Shown one piece after another: positions 38,621 to 51,000 of a DNA stretch of 64,000 bases. Numbering within the stretch: the first letter of the stretch is position 1; every line of letters begins with the position of its first letter. A program made the position numbers and the translations under genes. Under the pieces are notes generated by a model. That model was given only the letters and a program-made list of their open reading frames with translations, was not told the DNA's origin and searched no databases. The stretch is from Ophelia neglecta (Eukaryota), in assembly GCA_965285935.1 (NCBI GenBank), contig OZ260663.1, positions 27,590,001 to 27,654,000 of the forward strand, given 5' to 3'.

Positions 38621-39342
38621 GTCTTTCTTTCTGGCAAAATAACTTTCACATTACCCAGGATATTCGATTGTACTGCTCTCGTCTAAGCAAGTCAGTTATT
38701 TTTATCATTATGATTGAATGTGATCAAATTTTACTTCCTGCAAAGAATACGAAATGGGAATTTTATAATGGTTGAGTGGAAGCAATTTTTCGAATAGACC
38801 AACAAGTCAAAGTTTCAAGTGGTGTCTGGGGTACGTGACGGATTGTGGTGTTAAGATCTATCATATCAAGTATGTAAGCTCCTCTTCTAAATAAATTCAA
38901 GTGCTTAGTCAACGATTGGTTGTTTCTTTTCTTAACCCGTAAAGCACAAATGAGAATTCTACATGTTAAAATTGATGGAACCCTTAGGTGAAGTATTTAG
39001 GGACGCACCATAATATAACTGGGTTGGGCTAAACATGTTTTGATGAAAAAAATTGTCAAACATATTTGGATGAACAAATTTCGGGGGGCAAATTAATCAA
39101 AAATAGGTCTTTTTACAAAAGTTTGTCGTGAAAACGTCGAAAAGTGTGCGTTTGCGAAAAGATTAATACAAGTTTAAATATTGAAATTTCGTTTTTCGAA
39201 ACCTCTCGAAATTAGGAGAAAAGGCTCGAAATGAAGAAAAGATCACGAATTTAGTAGAGATAATTAAGAAAAGTTGCGGTAATACACTTTAAATCTCGTT
39301 ATTCCGGTCTTTAAATCGAGTTTTTCTACGCATTTCGAGGTA

Positions 39343-39531
39343 CAGTGGAACCTACCTTAAAGAACCTACCTTTAAGACCACCTTAAAGACCACATCTGTT
39401 AATTCAGACCACCAATATGAGGTTGTTGCTGTATACTTTCAATTTTAAATTACCTGTATAAACAGACCATTTCCAAAATCAGACAAGTATTCTCCAGTTC
39501 CTTTGATGGTCTTAATTTACAGGTTTCACTG
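39343..39531 (-). mobile_element. MITE family A, copy 3 (reverse orientation)
   Basis: TA-CAGTGGAACCT...CAGGTTTCACTG-TA. Confidence 0.8.
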
Positions 39532-40246
39532 TATTTCGTTTTTGTTTCCATTTATCCGGTTTTAAAGTCGTAATTTTGTGATTGATCTTGTAATTCCGTG
39601 TATTTTTTCAAGAATTTTATCGTTATTTCGAATATTCGAGTTTTAAGAAGGCGAAATTTAAAGATGTAAATAAATTATTTCATGTTCCGATTTGAAGGTA
39701 TACCAGACATTATCATATAAATAAAGCACCCTGCGTGCGGGTACGGCTGAGACAACATTTCGAAGTCAGTGGAACGACTTTAGCTAGACTAAGGACTTCA
39801 GTAGTACGGAGGCCGGTCATTAATTCTCTCTCTTCCAAGGAGCATATAGGCCTACTTTCAACCACAGAAGAATATCATGCAGTTCTCCGTGAATTTTACG
39901 GGGTTGATCTTCCGTACATAAATAACATCCCGGGTCAAAGCCCAGGAATAACTTTGTTTGGGCAGAGTTCCTACTTACAAAGCAAAACAAGACAGTTTTT
40001 GACATCTGTGACCTCAGTCAGTGAAATTCATGAATTGGCCCATTTTAACACAATCCATTGGTCGCCGGTAATAGGTACTTGAATGAACGGAAGTTATGTC
40101 CAACAGGATTGCTCCACATGTCAAGCGTCTTTAATATAGGCATACTATTTTATTTTTAAATTAAATAATACACACCGAAATTGCCTTAATAAATACCGCA
40201 AAATAGGTCAATAACACAGAACGTTGTATTCGCAGCACGTAGAGTA

Positions 40247-40482
40247 CTGTAAACCAGGAAAATTTCGCGACAGGAAAATTTCGCGGGAATCCCCACAGGA
40301 TATTTTCGCGCCAGGAAAACTTCGCGCTTCTGAAATTGAAAGTGAAGTATGTCATGCGTTGCAACTGATTTAACTAGTAGTATTTAGACACGAAATTTTC
40401 GCGAGCAGGTAATTTTCGCGGGTGTCTGCTATTCGCGAAACTCGCGAAAATTTCCTGCTCGCGAAAATTTCCTGGTTTACAG
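40247..40482. mobile_element. MITE with long TIR and TA flanks
   Basis: TA-CTGTAAACCAGGAAAATTTCGCGA ... TCGCGAAAATTTCCTGGTTTACAG-TA, with internal TTTCGCG repeats. Confidence 0.85.
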
Positions 40483-42629
40483 TATACACTGTGTGGGAAC
40501 AACGTCGCTCAGAGGGTTTGTTTTGAACCTTAAAGTAGGTGTCAAAACTAAGTCATATTCGCTGTCCAGAAACTTTGTTAATATGATAACCAATACACAT
40601 AGAACAGTTCACAATGGTACACCGCTTCCGCATAACTTCACCGCGTACACCGGCACACTTAGCCGGTAGAACAGCCGAAATTATGCGTATATCTAACAGA
40701 TATCAAGTACGTGGAAGCCCGGACTCGCATATTAATATATTCTATCGTCTTTGTGAAAGGGTCAAAAGACCGAAAATATTGTGGTAATATTTTGATGGTT
40801 AAACAAATTGCTATTGTTTCTATTTCTTCTCATACCTTATAATTGGTAAAACATTTGTCTAAGAATAAAGTTAGGCCCCACACTAATTTTGAAGATATAT
40901 TCTTATCTGTGTCCAAACGACCTAAGTTGGCATTCTCAACATTAAAACACGAAAATCATGCCAGCTGTTTCTTTAAGGCAACGCACTGGGTATGAGGATC
41001 CCGACTTTTCGCCAATAATTACTTCTAACAAATCATAATGCAGAACCTTAATTTTGAAAGACTTTTGTTGGCATTTTTTTAAAGGCTGCAAAACAACTGT
41101 GTACCCAAAATTAGAAGAAAATATCCAAAATTCAGCAGATGAAGCCCAAATAATTCAAAAAGGCGCTCTTGGTTTAATCTATACCCCATTTACCTTGTTC
41201 AATACGTCAACAAGTGACCAAATTTGTAAAAATGTAAAACTTATTTGACAGTTTAGTAAATTGGCCAAGAGTAGCGACTCTCATTATCTCCTCATGTCCT
41301 AAAACAATGTCGGGGGCATACCAATAGTGTTGCCATGTTTAACAGCCCCCTTCTTGGTCGAGAATATTGTTGCCCTATAGTCAGTTAATGTTTGCTTTTT
41401 AACTTGTATTTGTACTTAACGCACAGCAAAGGCCAACTTCATTTTTCTTGTATCGACGCGCAAAACTAGCAATATTTGAGATCAAACATGGTTTGTGCTG
41501 TTTCCTTATTATGTATCATTTCGTTTGAGATCATGTATCATGTCACCACTCGGGACAATAAACCACTTTTAACTCAAGTAGGGCATGTTACAAATATTGT
41601 AATTCGAGTGCCAGAAAACACAATCTTCAAATATTGACCACTTCATCCCATGCATTATATATAAATACAATCTAATTTCACCGCACTTGTACGCAGTTCA
41701 AGCTGGGTGCAAAGTTGACTACTTCAATAGAACCTTCTACACTTAGTAGATATGATGCCTGTTTTCTTACATGTTACTACGCCGTCTATCGTATGGCTGG
41801 TCAAGGCGTTAGTGCGATTTCTGCAGTAACATAATAAACACAACTATATATATTTTTTTTTAATAGCGCGTTTGGGATTGCATTATATTTGGTTAGTAAC
41901 GTTAGTGTAAGTTGAGTCTTTATACACCAAAGTACCAGAAGAGAAATTAAAACCCCATTCCCACTCTCATCACGTCCTCCCCAAATATTAATTGACCACT
42001 CCCTAAACTAAAAGTGGCAAAGAATGTAGAATATGACAGAGGGGATCCGAATGTACTGATTTCTGGAATTAATAACAAAGAGTTCGCACAAATTCACGAA
42101 ATCTTCTTCATCCACTAAAACCAACCAACTGTATATAAATTTGATATGGCCCAAAAGGCTCTTAGAAAGGTTACAAACTTAGTCAAGATATATATATCCG
42201 TATTGAGCATAGATAAACATCATTAATTTAAGTATTGTTACGTGACTGGGTAGTGGTCTTACTGAATTCTTGCAGTGCAGAAGAATGGACCAGTTCAGTC
42301 ATTAATTAATCTTATTTATTTTAAAGTAGCAGCAAGTCATGGAAATTTCATGAACGTTGTATCTGGCAAAGGCTAGGCAAGGCTTGTGCATAGTAAACCA
42401 TTGTACATATTATCTCTCCCATTTCCGTATAAAGCAGAATTTCGAATTATAGAATTTCTTGTATTTAAGAATTGTGAAAATATAGAAACTCCGAGTTTCT
42501 CAGAGTTCCGAACTGGGCTAAAAGCAGAACAAAAACTTCTAGTACGTAAAGTTAGTAGTAAGCCAACCAAAACTGATAAACTGCTTTGAAACGAAACGAA
42601 ACATTTAGTATTTTCAAAGAAGAAGAGGC

Positions 42630-43035
42630 CGCGGTTTACCTATTAAAGCGTCAATCTCGGAACAACTTTGTCGTCTCTTTCATAGATTAAAACAATTGTT
42701 ATCAGTTCCCAATTTAGAACTAAGCGCCTGCTTTTATATGCGCGTTCACGTGACTTGTGTTAAAAAAGCAAACAACAACTATGCTGGCCAAGCCTAGCGC
42801 CAAAACGACATTACAAATACTTCAATTAATAAGTAAATCGTCAGCCGTTATGTACAATATGTACAATTGATTAGGATCGCCAATAATAAATACCATTAAA
42901 AGCAGGTTTGAGTGAAAAACGATTTCCAAAAGAAGTTCGCTTGACAATAGTAGTAGTAAATAGGTCAGCTTAGGTCATTCAAAGATGGCGGCATCGAAGT
43001 CCGGTCGTGCAGTCTATGTGAATGTGCACGTGAGT
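42630..43035. promoter_or_regulatory. Candidate bidirectional promoter (minus-strand TATA, E-box, YY1) with a possible plus-strand first coding exon 42985-43029
   Basis: TATAAAAG on minus at 42738-42731, TCACGTGAC at 42747, minus-strand donor at ~42638. AAGATGGCGGC at 42982 overlaps an ATG, followed by 15 codons and GTGAGT. Confidence 0.45.
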
Positions 43036-43869
43036 TTATACCAAATAAAGGCGCCTGAGTTAGTGCAATAGGTAACAAAAGTTCATTGTGCGGAAACCTG
43101 GTTCTCCACAGTATAATTATCAATAGTTAGGTAGCCGCCAGACATTTTGAACAGCTGACTGTTGATTTGTCCGGTAAGAAATGTATCCAAAACAAAATTA
43201 TTTTTCCTCTGCCATTTTCGTTTTCAACTTAAAGGCATAACTGCATAAATTAAAATAATTGTCGGGTTTTTTTATTTGGATATTTTTGCACGTCTTTGCT
43301 GCAAGACCAATAATTTTTCCCAAAAAGAACTGAAATAACCACATCAAATACACGGGCTTTACATTAAAAAAATATACAGTGCCTTATATATCTCAACGAA
43401 AATATCAGCCATCCTAAGGGAGATGATAATTTCCTAAGCCTAGGTGTTGTCAAGGTGTTTTCTAAAAGTAAAAACAACAACGTAATATCTACCCAGCGAC
43501 AACTTAGAGAAAACATAGTCCTGTATTAAGATTTTTGTTTCTTAATTTAAGAAACAATTCTTTTAATATCTTCTATATATTTACACGTATACCAAAAAAA
43601 TTCATAAGAATAGGACATAAAATCCATTATGCTTTATTACACAATGATGGCATCCGAATTTACTATCTATTGACAAATATTTGTTTCAAACTCTAAAAAA
43701 GCCAAAAGATGAAAATTATATTATTTTCACAGACTGCTACTCCCTAGAAACATATAATAGCCTGCCCTCGCGTATAAGGAAAGGGTGTTTTAAAAAACAA
43801 TGGAAAGGACTTAGGAGTATTACGAACAATAATAATGAAATAGATCAATAGGTATTTTTTTCATTATTT

Positions 43870-44780
43870 GACATCCAGATAATCAACACGACTTAGTTCA
43901 TGTCATATGACAAGTTATCAACTAGAATTATACTCAGACTACAAGGTTTTCAACAATCAAAAAATAAGCAACAGAACTCTCATCAATCAAAGAATATACA
44001 CAGAAGATAACTCCAATATGTAAAGGACGTGGGAATTGCTTGGCAGTGGATAAAGAGGAGGGGGAGGGGGTGGGGGGTGGGGGTGGATAAAGGGTAGTTC
44101 GTTTGTGGATTCGAACAAAAGCAGGATATGTTTCAAAGTGTGAAAGACAACGTACGGAGTTAGGCAATGTTACAGGTTCCGGGGAAATGTACAAAATATC
44201 ATGCAGGTATATTTGGAGGAGTGAATGGTTTTGATTTCAAATAGCAATAAAATGACTAGGGAATATAGGAAAGAAAAGCCGAGGGCTAGCACCATTTATG
44301 GGACTGGATATCTATCTGACCGACTCACAGAGGAACAGAGAATTCAACAGACACACAAATGGTGGATAGTTTCATTAAAATCTAACAGTTATGGATGATA
44401 GTTACTTGGTATAGAGTCTAGATCCTTGGTGATTACAATCATCATGAAGTCAAAGTACATGTGTGGTTGGAAATCAACCTGAAGGAGACTCAAACCTCAG
44501 GGATTTCAACAATCACACAATATACAAAGAGAACAAGACAAAAGTAGACCGAGCAAAACACAGTTTAAATAGTACAGATTAAAGAACGAGACATAAATAG
44601 GGTAGAAAAAAGTCAGTTAATTTGCTGAAATCACTCCTCCGAAACGAGTCCTGTGATAGGGTTATCAAACCAAGTGAAGTGCGGTGCCAAATGCAATTTT
44701 AGGCTAAAATATCGCGCCTAGAAGTATTAGAAATTTTGTTTTATCCACGGCAGAGCAAACCCAGTTGAGAAGTGAGAAGC
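43870..44780 (-). mobile_element. Heavily decayed non-LTR retrotransposon (CR1/L2-like) fragment
   Basis: Minus-strand relics resemble the RT 'SQLGF' motif (~44770) and the terminal 'LPNSVR' motif (~44165); boundaries uncertain. Confidence 0.35.
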
Positions 44781-45084
44781 AGTATCAACGAAACACCTGA
44801 AGAATTAATCTCGACTATCTAGCTGACCTATTGACTGAGAGGGAGATAATTCGAAAGCCACGCGAGGGCATACTACAACAATTTTGAAAACGGAAGCCGA
44901 AGAATGAAATGCACATTTAAGATGATCCACAGTTACGGTTGTCGAGTAGTGTGATTTAAAGAATGGAAGGCATCGATCAAACATGAGTAACGTGGTGGAG
45001 GACAACGGAGATGTTGTGCCTATAATCATCGAACTGTATCACGCTGTCATTTGATTATTGTCACTAGCATGTTGTTGACATGGA

Positions 45085-48000
45085 TTAGATTCTCGGCAGA
45101 ATTCTTCCCTTGGATGGAACTCTTTCCTTCGGTTTACCTGAACAAAGAAAATCATAATGTAAAAACATGCCGGTAAAACTTCCGTTTTTAATTCTTTTAG
45201 AATCCATTCATTGATACACAAATATTACAAGAAACAATGTTATCTTTATAAGGATGTCTTGGTAGCGATGCCATACTTGGCTGTATGAGGTGAACACGGT
45301 GGGCAATCGCTTGGACAGACTTTTACAGGCCGTTAGGCCGGATCACACTGCCCAAAAGTCGCGTAAACGCATGAATCACGCACACATTTCGAGCCTTACG
45401 CGACACATCCGCGATTTGCGCATTTCATCACTTTTTTTCTGACGTGGAGCCTCAAGTATTCGCGCTGTTTGGGGCCTTTGCGTGCCTATGCGCCGACGTG
45501 CGTGAGTTGTTAGTGATTTGTGCGTGATCTTTCCGTAGTCCATTCATCGGTGATATTTCATCGCGTACATCAGCGAAAATGATCAAACGCATGAATCACG
45601 CATACAAATTTGGTTGTGCGTGCTTGTCCGTCGAGAATTTGATCATTTTCGCTGATGTACGCGATGAAATATCACCGATGAATGGCGCAAGAACTACGGA
45701 AAGATCACGCAAAAATCACTAACAAACCACGCACGTCAGCGCATAGGCACGCAAAGGCCCCAAACAGGCGAATGCGTGGTTGTGCGCGACGTAAGCTTCA
45801 CGGAAAACCACGCATAATCTGCGTACTATCACTACCGAACTGCGTATAAGTTATTTCTTCGGTGATTTTCAGTGATACGTACGTGTTACAAGCGCGAGAC
45901 ATGCGCAATATGTCTGCTAATCGTCAGTGGAAAGTCGTCGACGGATGCGATTGCAGCAACAGTTTTGCGAACGATCACTGATATTCCACGCATATTTCGC
46001 GCATTGTCCGCGTAAGAGCTACGCAAACTACGCAACAATAACGTAAAACAGCGCAATACTGCGTAAACTCTTACGTGAAAACGAGTTTTGAGCTGTTCAA
46101 AACTTGGAATCGCGTAAAGCACCGATCCCGCAAACATCGACGGACAACCACGGAGGCTCCACGTCGGAAAAACTGATGAAATGCGCAAATCACGGATGTA
46201 TCGCGGAGGTATCGCGTAAGACTCGAAATTTGTGCGTGATTCATGCGTTTACGCGACTTTTGGGCAGTGTGAACCGGCCTTTAGCGTGAGAAAAATAAAA
46301 CGTGTCCCGAACAGAAAATCGGGTTCGGTCATTATTTGCCGGTGAGTTCAACATCAAATAATTAAGTTCATGCTAATTTAAGCTGATGATACAAACTGCG
46401 CTTTTTCGTTGCTGGCACAAACACCAGTAGAACTGATATTTTAGACAGAGGTGTTAACTTGTGTAACGTACAACACATAACAAAAGAAAACTGACCATAC
46501 AAGATGGGAGGGAGGGTGTCACTTTCACTGCCGGTCTTTTCATCGCTGTACCGTGCAGCTTGCTCTGTAGCGGGAGGTAAACCTCTCCAGTCAGAGGGTT
46601 GGCCAGCCACGCGGGCCCTTGCCTCGCCGTAAGATTTCTGTTGTTCCTGTAAGCGTTGTATAACTCAGTAAAGATTGCAAAGCTATAAATTTCCAGGCAA
46701 CTATGCTTACATGTTATAAGTGAGCAGCATTGCTATGTATATTTGAAATATAACAAGTACTTGCTACACTTTCGTGGTGGGTATGGGATTGGGGGAGTTT
46801 GGCTGTATACAATGTAACTAACCATTTTGGGCAAATGCACGTATTGCACATCCATATCCACCGGTTTCTTTCCTTTTGGTGAATAAGACCTGGTCCATCC
46901 GCCTTCCTTTAGCGTCATGTTGACGTTGGAAATGGTTGCAGAAGCATCTATTCTTGGAAGAGTATGAGCCTGGTTGTAGTAGGCAGCATTGTAACGAGAT
47001 CCATACAGGGAGGAGGATATAGGTGTATCGTGTATATCCCCCTGTGGGGCAGGCGGCGGTATGTTGAGCACAGGCAAACCCCCTTGTGAGTTAGGGAAGT
47101 GCTCTGACGACAATCCTTGTCTCTTCTTCATTGATGCCGCTTTATGCTCGAATTTTTCTTCTTTCTTTACATGTTCATTCTTCCCAACAAGTTTCTTTGA
47201 AGAAACTTTGCGTTCGGGCTAAGGTGAAAATATTGTAACATTTAGCAAACATTCAAATTCATTTAAAGAAATTAGTTCAATTTTATTACCCAGGAGGAAA
47301 AAGAAATCTTATTTTAGCAATGCTAATACCCGTACTGTAAAATCATTATTTCATAACGAGCCACATATATTTCCTGAACTTCCACAAACCGTTAAGTTCA
47401 AAGACACGAGAAATAGGGCACAATTATTCCATACCCTACACCCAAAAACAAGGCAAATCTATAGTTCGATCCACTAAAAAACTTCTTGAAGAATAAAGGG
47501 CAGGACATTAAAGATCATACTAACTAAGGCACGTACCAGTCCTGGGATGATCATTTCCCAGCTGTTGACTTGAACAGACGATCTGGTGTCATGTGACACC
47601 ATGTTTTTAGCCATTTGCCCCCTATGGAGGAGACCTGAGTAAGTTCCTAAATCAGATCTTTTTGATGTGCCCTGTTTCATCTGTCCAGCAAGATGTGAGT
47701 TCGTCTCAGTCGTCTCTCTGGGGACAAATCCTTTCTTAGGGATAAACCTTGAAGAGTCCAAACCCGAGAAGGTCCTGGTAGGATTCCCTTCTCCCTGAGA
47801 AAAACTGCCTTGTTCCTCAAGTTCCCTGCGAGCGAACCTCGACCTCTTGCCTCCTTCTAAAGATGGTGGAACCTAGAAGATAGTTTATTTTTATTTCTTT
47901 ATGGTTCGGGAAAGAACTTCCCGCTAGAGTTATAGTTCAAAATGTATATTTGTCTGTTGGTTATGGCTTGTCTTTTCTTTCTTTCAGTAAAAAAAATCAT

Positions 48001-51000
48001 TATCTTGACGCTGTTTATACGTATGATCAAACCGGCGGTGACTGGACAGCTTCCGGTGAATTATTCGGCGTCTAGTACGAACTTATTACTTTTCTCTGTT
48101 TAGTTGTGATAAGAGAATGTGTCTTATTGAATGTGCAAACACTATGTAAAATTGATTCATCTAAACCTGAATCATACTTTAAAATCTATGCTAACACAAG
48201 GGAAGAAAATCCAAAAGAACTCCAAGTGTTTTTATCTTAATAGTATTATGAGAGTTATGAGAGATTGAAATGTATTTCACTGAAGTAAACAAACGAGAGA
48301 GAAGCAAAATAGGAAAGAAACATTTACACACACAATATAAATATATGAAAAGAATGCCTATACATGTATTTCTCACCTGGCACATTACAGCGGCCTACCT
48401 GTTCAATTAAACAGCGGTAAAAAGGTAAGTATGTATTATGGTAGACTTATTATGTTCTAGAAAACATCCAATGCCACTTGTACAACTAAATAAAGAAAAA
48501 GATAAACGGCGATCAGATCTGAAATGTTGAATCATGCTTTCTTGTACGAGTTCATTCATGCTTTATCGCCTGACATTTTCCACAAATTTAAAATTCATCC
48601 ATTCAATCGTGTTTTACCGCGCAAATCCATCTACTCGATTATCCAGCAGGGAATTGCTGCGTTTTGCAGAAAACGAATCAGCCTAGAACCTCAGCTGTAT
48701 ATAATAATGTGTGTACTGCAATAAGCTTTTGTGTCATAAATAAAAACTGATATAAAGGATGGGGAACCTAGTGATAGGTTTTCCGTAATCTAGTAAGAGG
48801 ATATGCATGGACTTTATTTAACTGACACTAATTGCAGCATTATTGTATTGTTTACATTATCTCCCGCTTATAGTACGTTTATTAACATAGTTCATATAAT
48901 TTAGCGTCCATCCCTTATTGCTAGATTAAAGTTAGTGATTTTAATTAAACGTTAATATACGTGTATATTTTCATACATTGCTTATAATAATAGTGTTTTT
49001 CTAATTTACTATAGTCAGCTATTCTTAATGTACTCGGAGTTGATAACCTCTTCAATTGTTTCATCACTTAACAATAACTTATACATATAATAATAATTAT
49101 TATCTTTTTTTTTCTTATCAGTAGATACTAGCAGTAATGGTAGTAGAAGTAGTAAGAGCAGCCGCAGTATAAGTAGTAATAACAGTAGTTGTAATAGTAG
49201 TAGTAGAAATAGCAGCAGCAGTAGTTGTAGTATGGTTATTAATCAAATTTTTAGATTTTTAAATTCTTGTTCAAAATATTCCTCACAATCTGGTGTATAC
49301 ATAACAAAGGACTCATGACTTAATTTTGCCTATATAGAGCGTATGAATACACTTAAACTGTGCAAAAAGGCTACGACCGGCAAAAAGAGATATCACCTAT
49401 AGTAACAATTTAATATCACCTACATGACCAATTGGTTATCATCTATAGTTATCACATATGGCACCACAATTTGTGTGCGGGTGGGTTTTTATTGTATATT
49501 CGTTAATATAATCGACCACTAAATCGATTATAAGACATTATTGATGGAATATGATATCGATAAAACCCCATTACTATTTTTTAAGATATAATGTATATAC
49601 ATATATACGGCAAAAAAAAAACCCAGTTCACTCTTCAACTTACATGTAGTTCGGCCTTATCCATTGTCTGGCTATGAGCTGCAAAAAGAGAAAGAATACT
49701 TATAATTATTCGGTTTATCAATTGCCTCTGACTTCAATCTATTATTTAGGCATACACAACAAAATTATGCACATACAAGCATACATAGATGATATAGAGA
49801 GACAATGTACCCTGGCTTTTTCCCGGCACAGAGAGTAAATTTAAAGCAAAATTTGGTGTACTTAGGGAAGTCAGTCGACACTGAATACGCTCACCACCAC
49901 CATTAAAGCTGCCCTATACAGCCACCAGATCATTTGACTGTGAGCTGGGAAAAGGTTCTAAATGCTATATATGTTTTACGTTTTGTACATACATGAAGAA
50001 TGCTTCTTTTGTAATATGACGGGTGCATAAATGGTTTCTGGGGTGTAAAACAATTAAATACACTAGAGCAATGTTTTTTTCCTTTATAGTTTTTTGAGAG
50101 TATAATGAAATTACATTCTGTTACCCGCCTCTTCACTAGATGGAAACACTAGTAGTTTTATTGTAACCTGGTAAATTGCGATGAGCAAGTGGTTGTTGCA
50201 CTATCATCACACAATATCTTACCAGGATTTAGTTGATTAAGTCGAGGTTAATTTGGTATTATCATGAATGTGGAAAAGTGAGCTCTGATTAAATTAATGA
50301 TATGCAGAGGCTGACATGGAACTCGTATTCGTATTTCCCGAAGGCTGGCTTGACAGTATCATAATTTATCAGGCGAGTGTCGGGCTTATACACCAGTAGT
50401 TTTCGTCATTTTTACTCAATATAACATGTCGACTCGATTATAATTAGAAAACAATAGTGTTCACAATTATCTGAGCACTGTTTAGTGCAGGAAAACTGAC
50501 TAATCGATTTAAGATCTCAAAATAGCGGTAGTGTCATAGCATAGTGACATTATGCTTTCCACGCGGTCACCACATAATGTACTAGTGTTACACTCAAATA
50601 ATGTAATGTAGGCACATTTTGACAGGGTATTTCCGAACCATGAAAAGTAAAAGGTAAAAAAGTTATTTTATTGATAGTTTGAGTATATTCGTGTATTAGC
50701 TCAACATTCATGTGTTTTAATCATAGAATGGATGCAATTGTCAATTGTTATATGCCGAGGTTTGGGCATTCATCGGTTGTAGGACATACAGGGGTTGGCG
50801 GTCCTTTTTACATAACTCCATCTTACCCTTTGATCTTCGATGCGTCCACGCAATTAGCAAAAATACCCAGCTAATAATATGCTGTCTGTTCATGGTTTTA
50901 AGAACATATATAGGCCAATGCAATATTAAATAGTATATCGAACCTGAATTTTGAAGCTGACGCTGGTTTATACGCCAAGCATTCCGATAAATCAATTACA

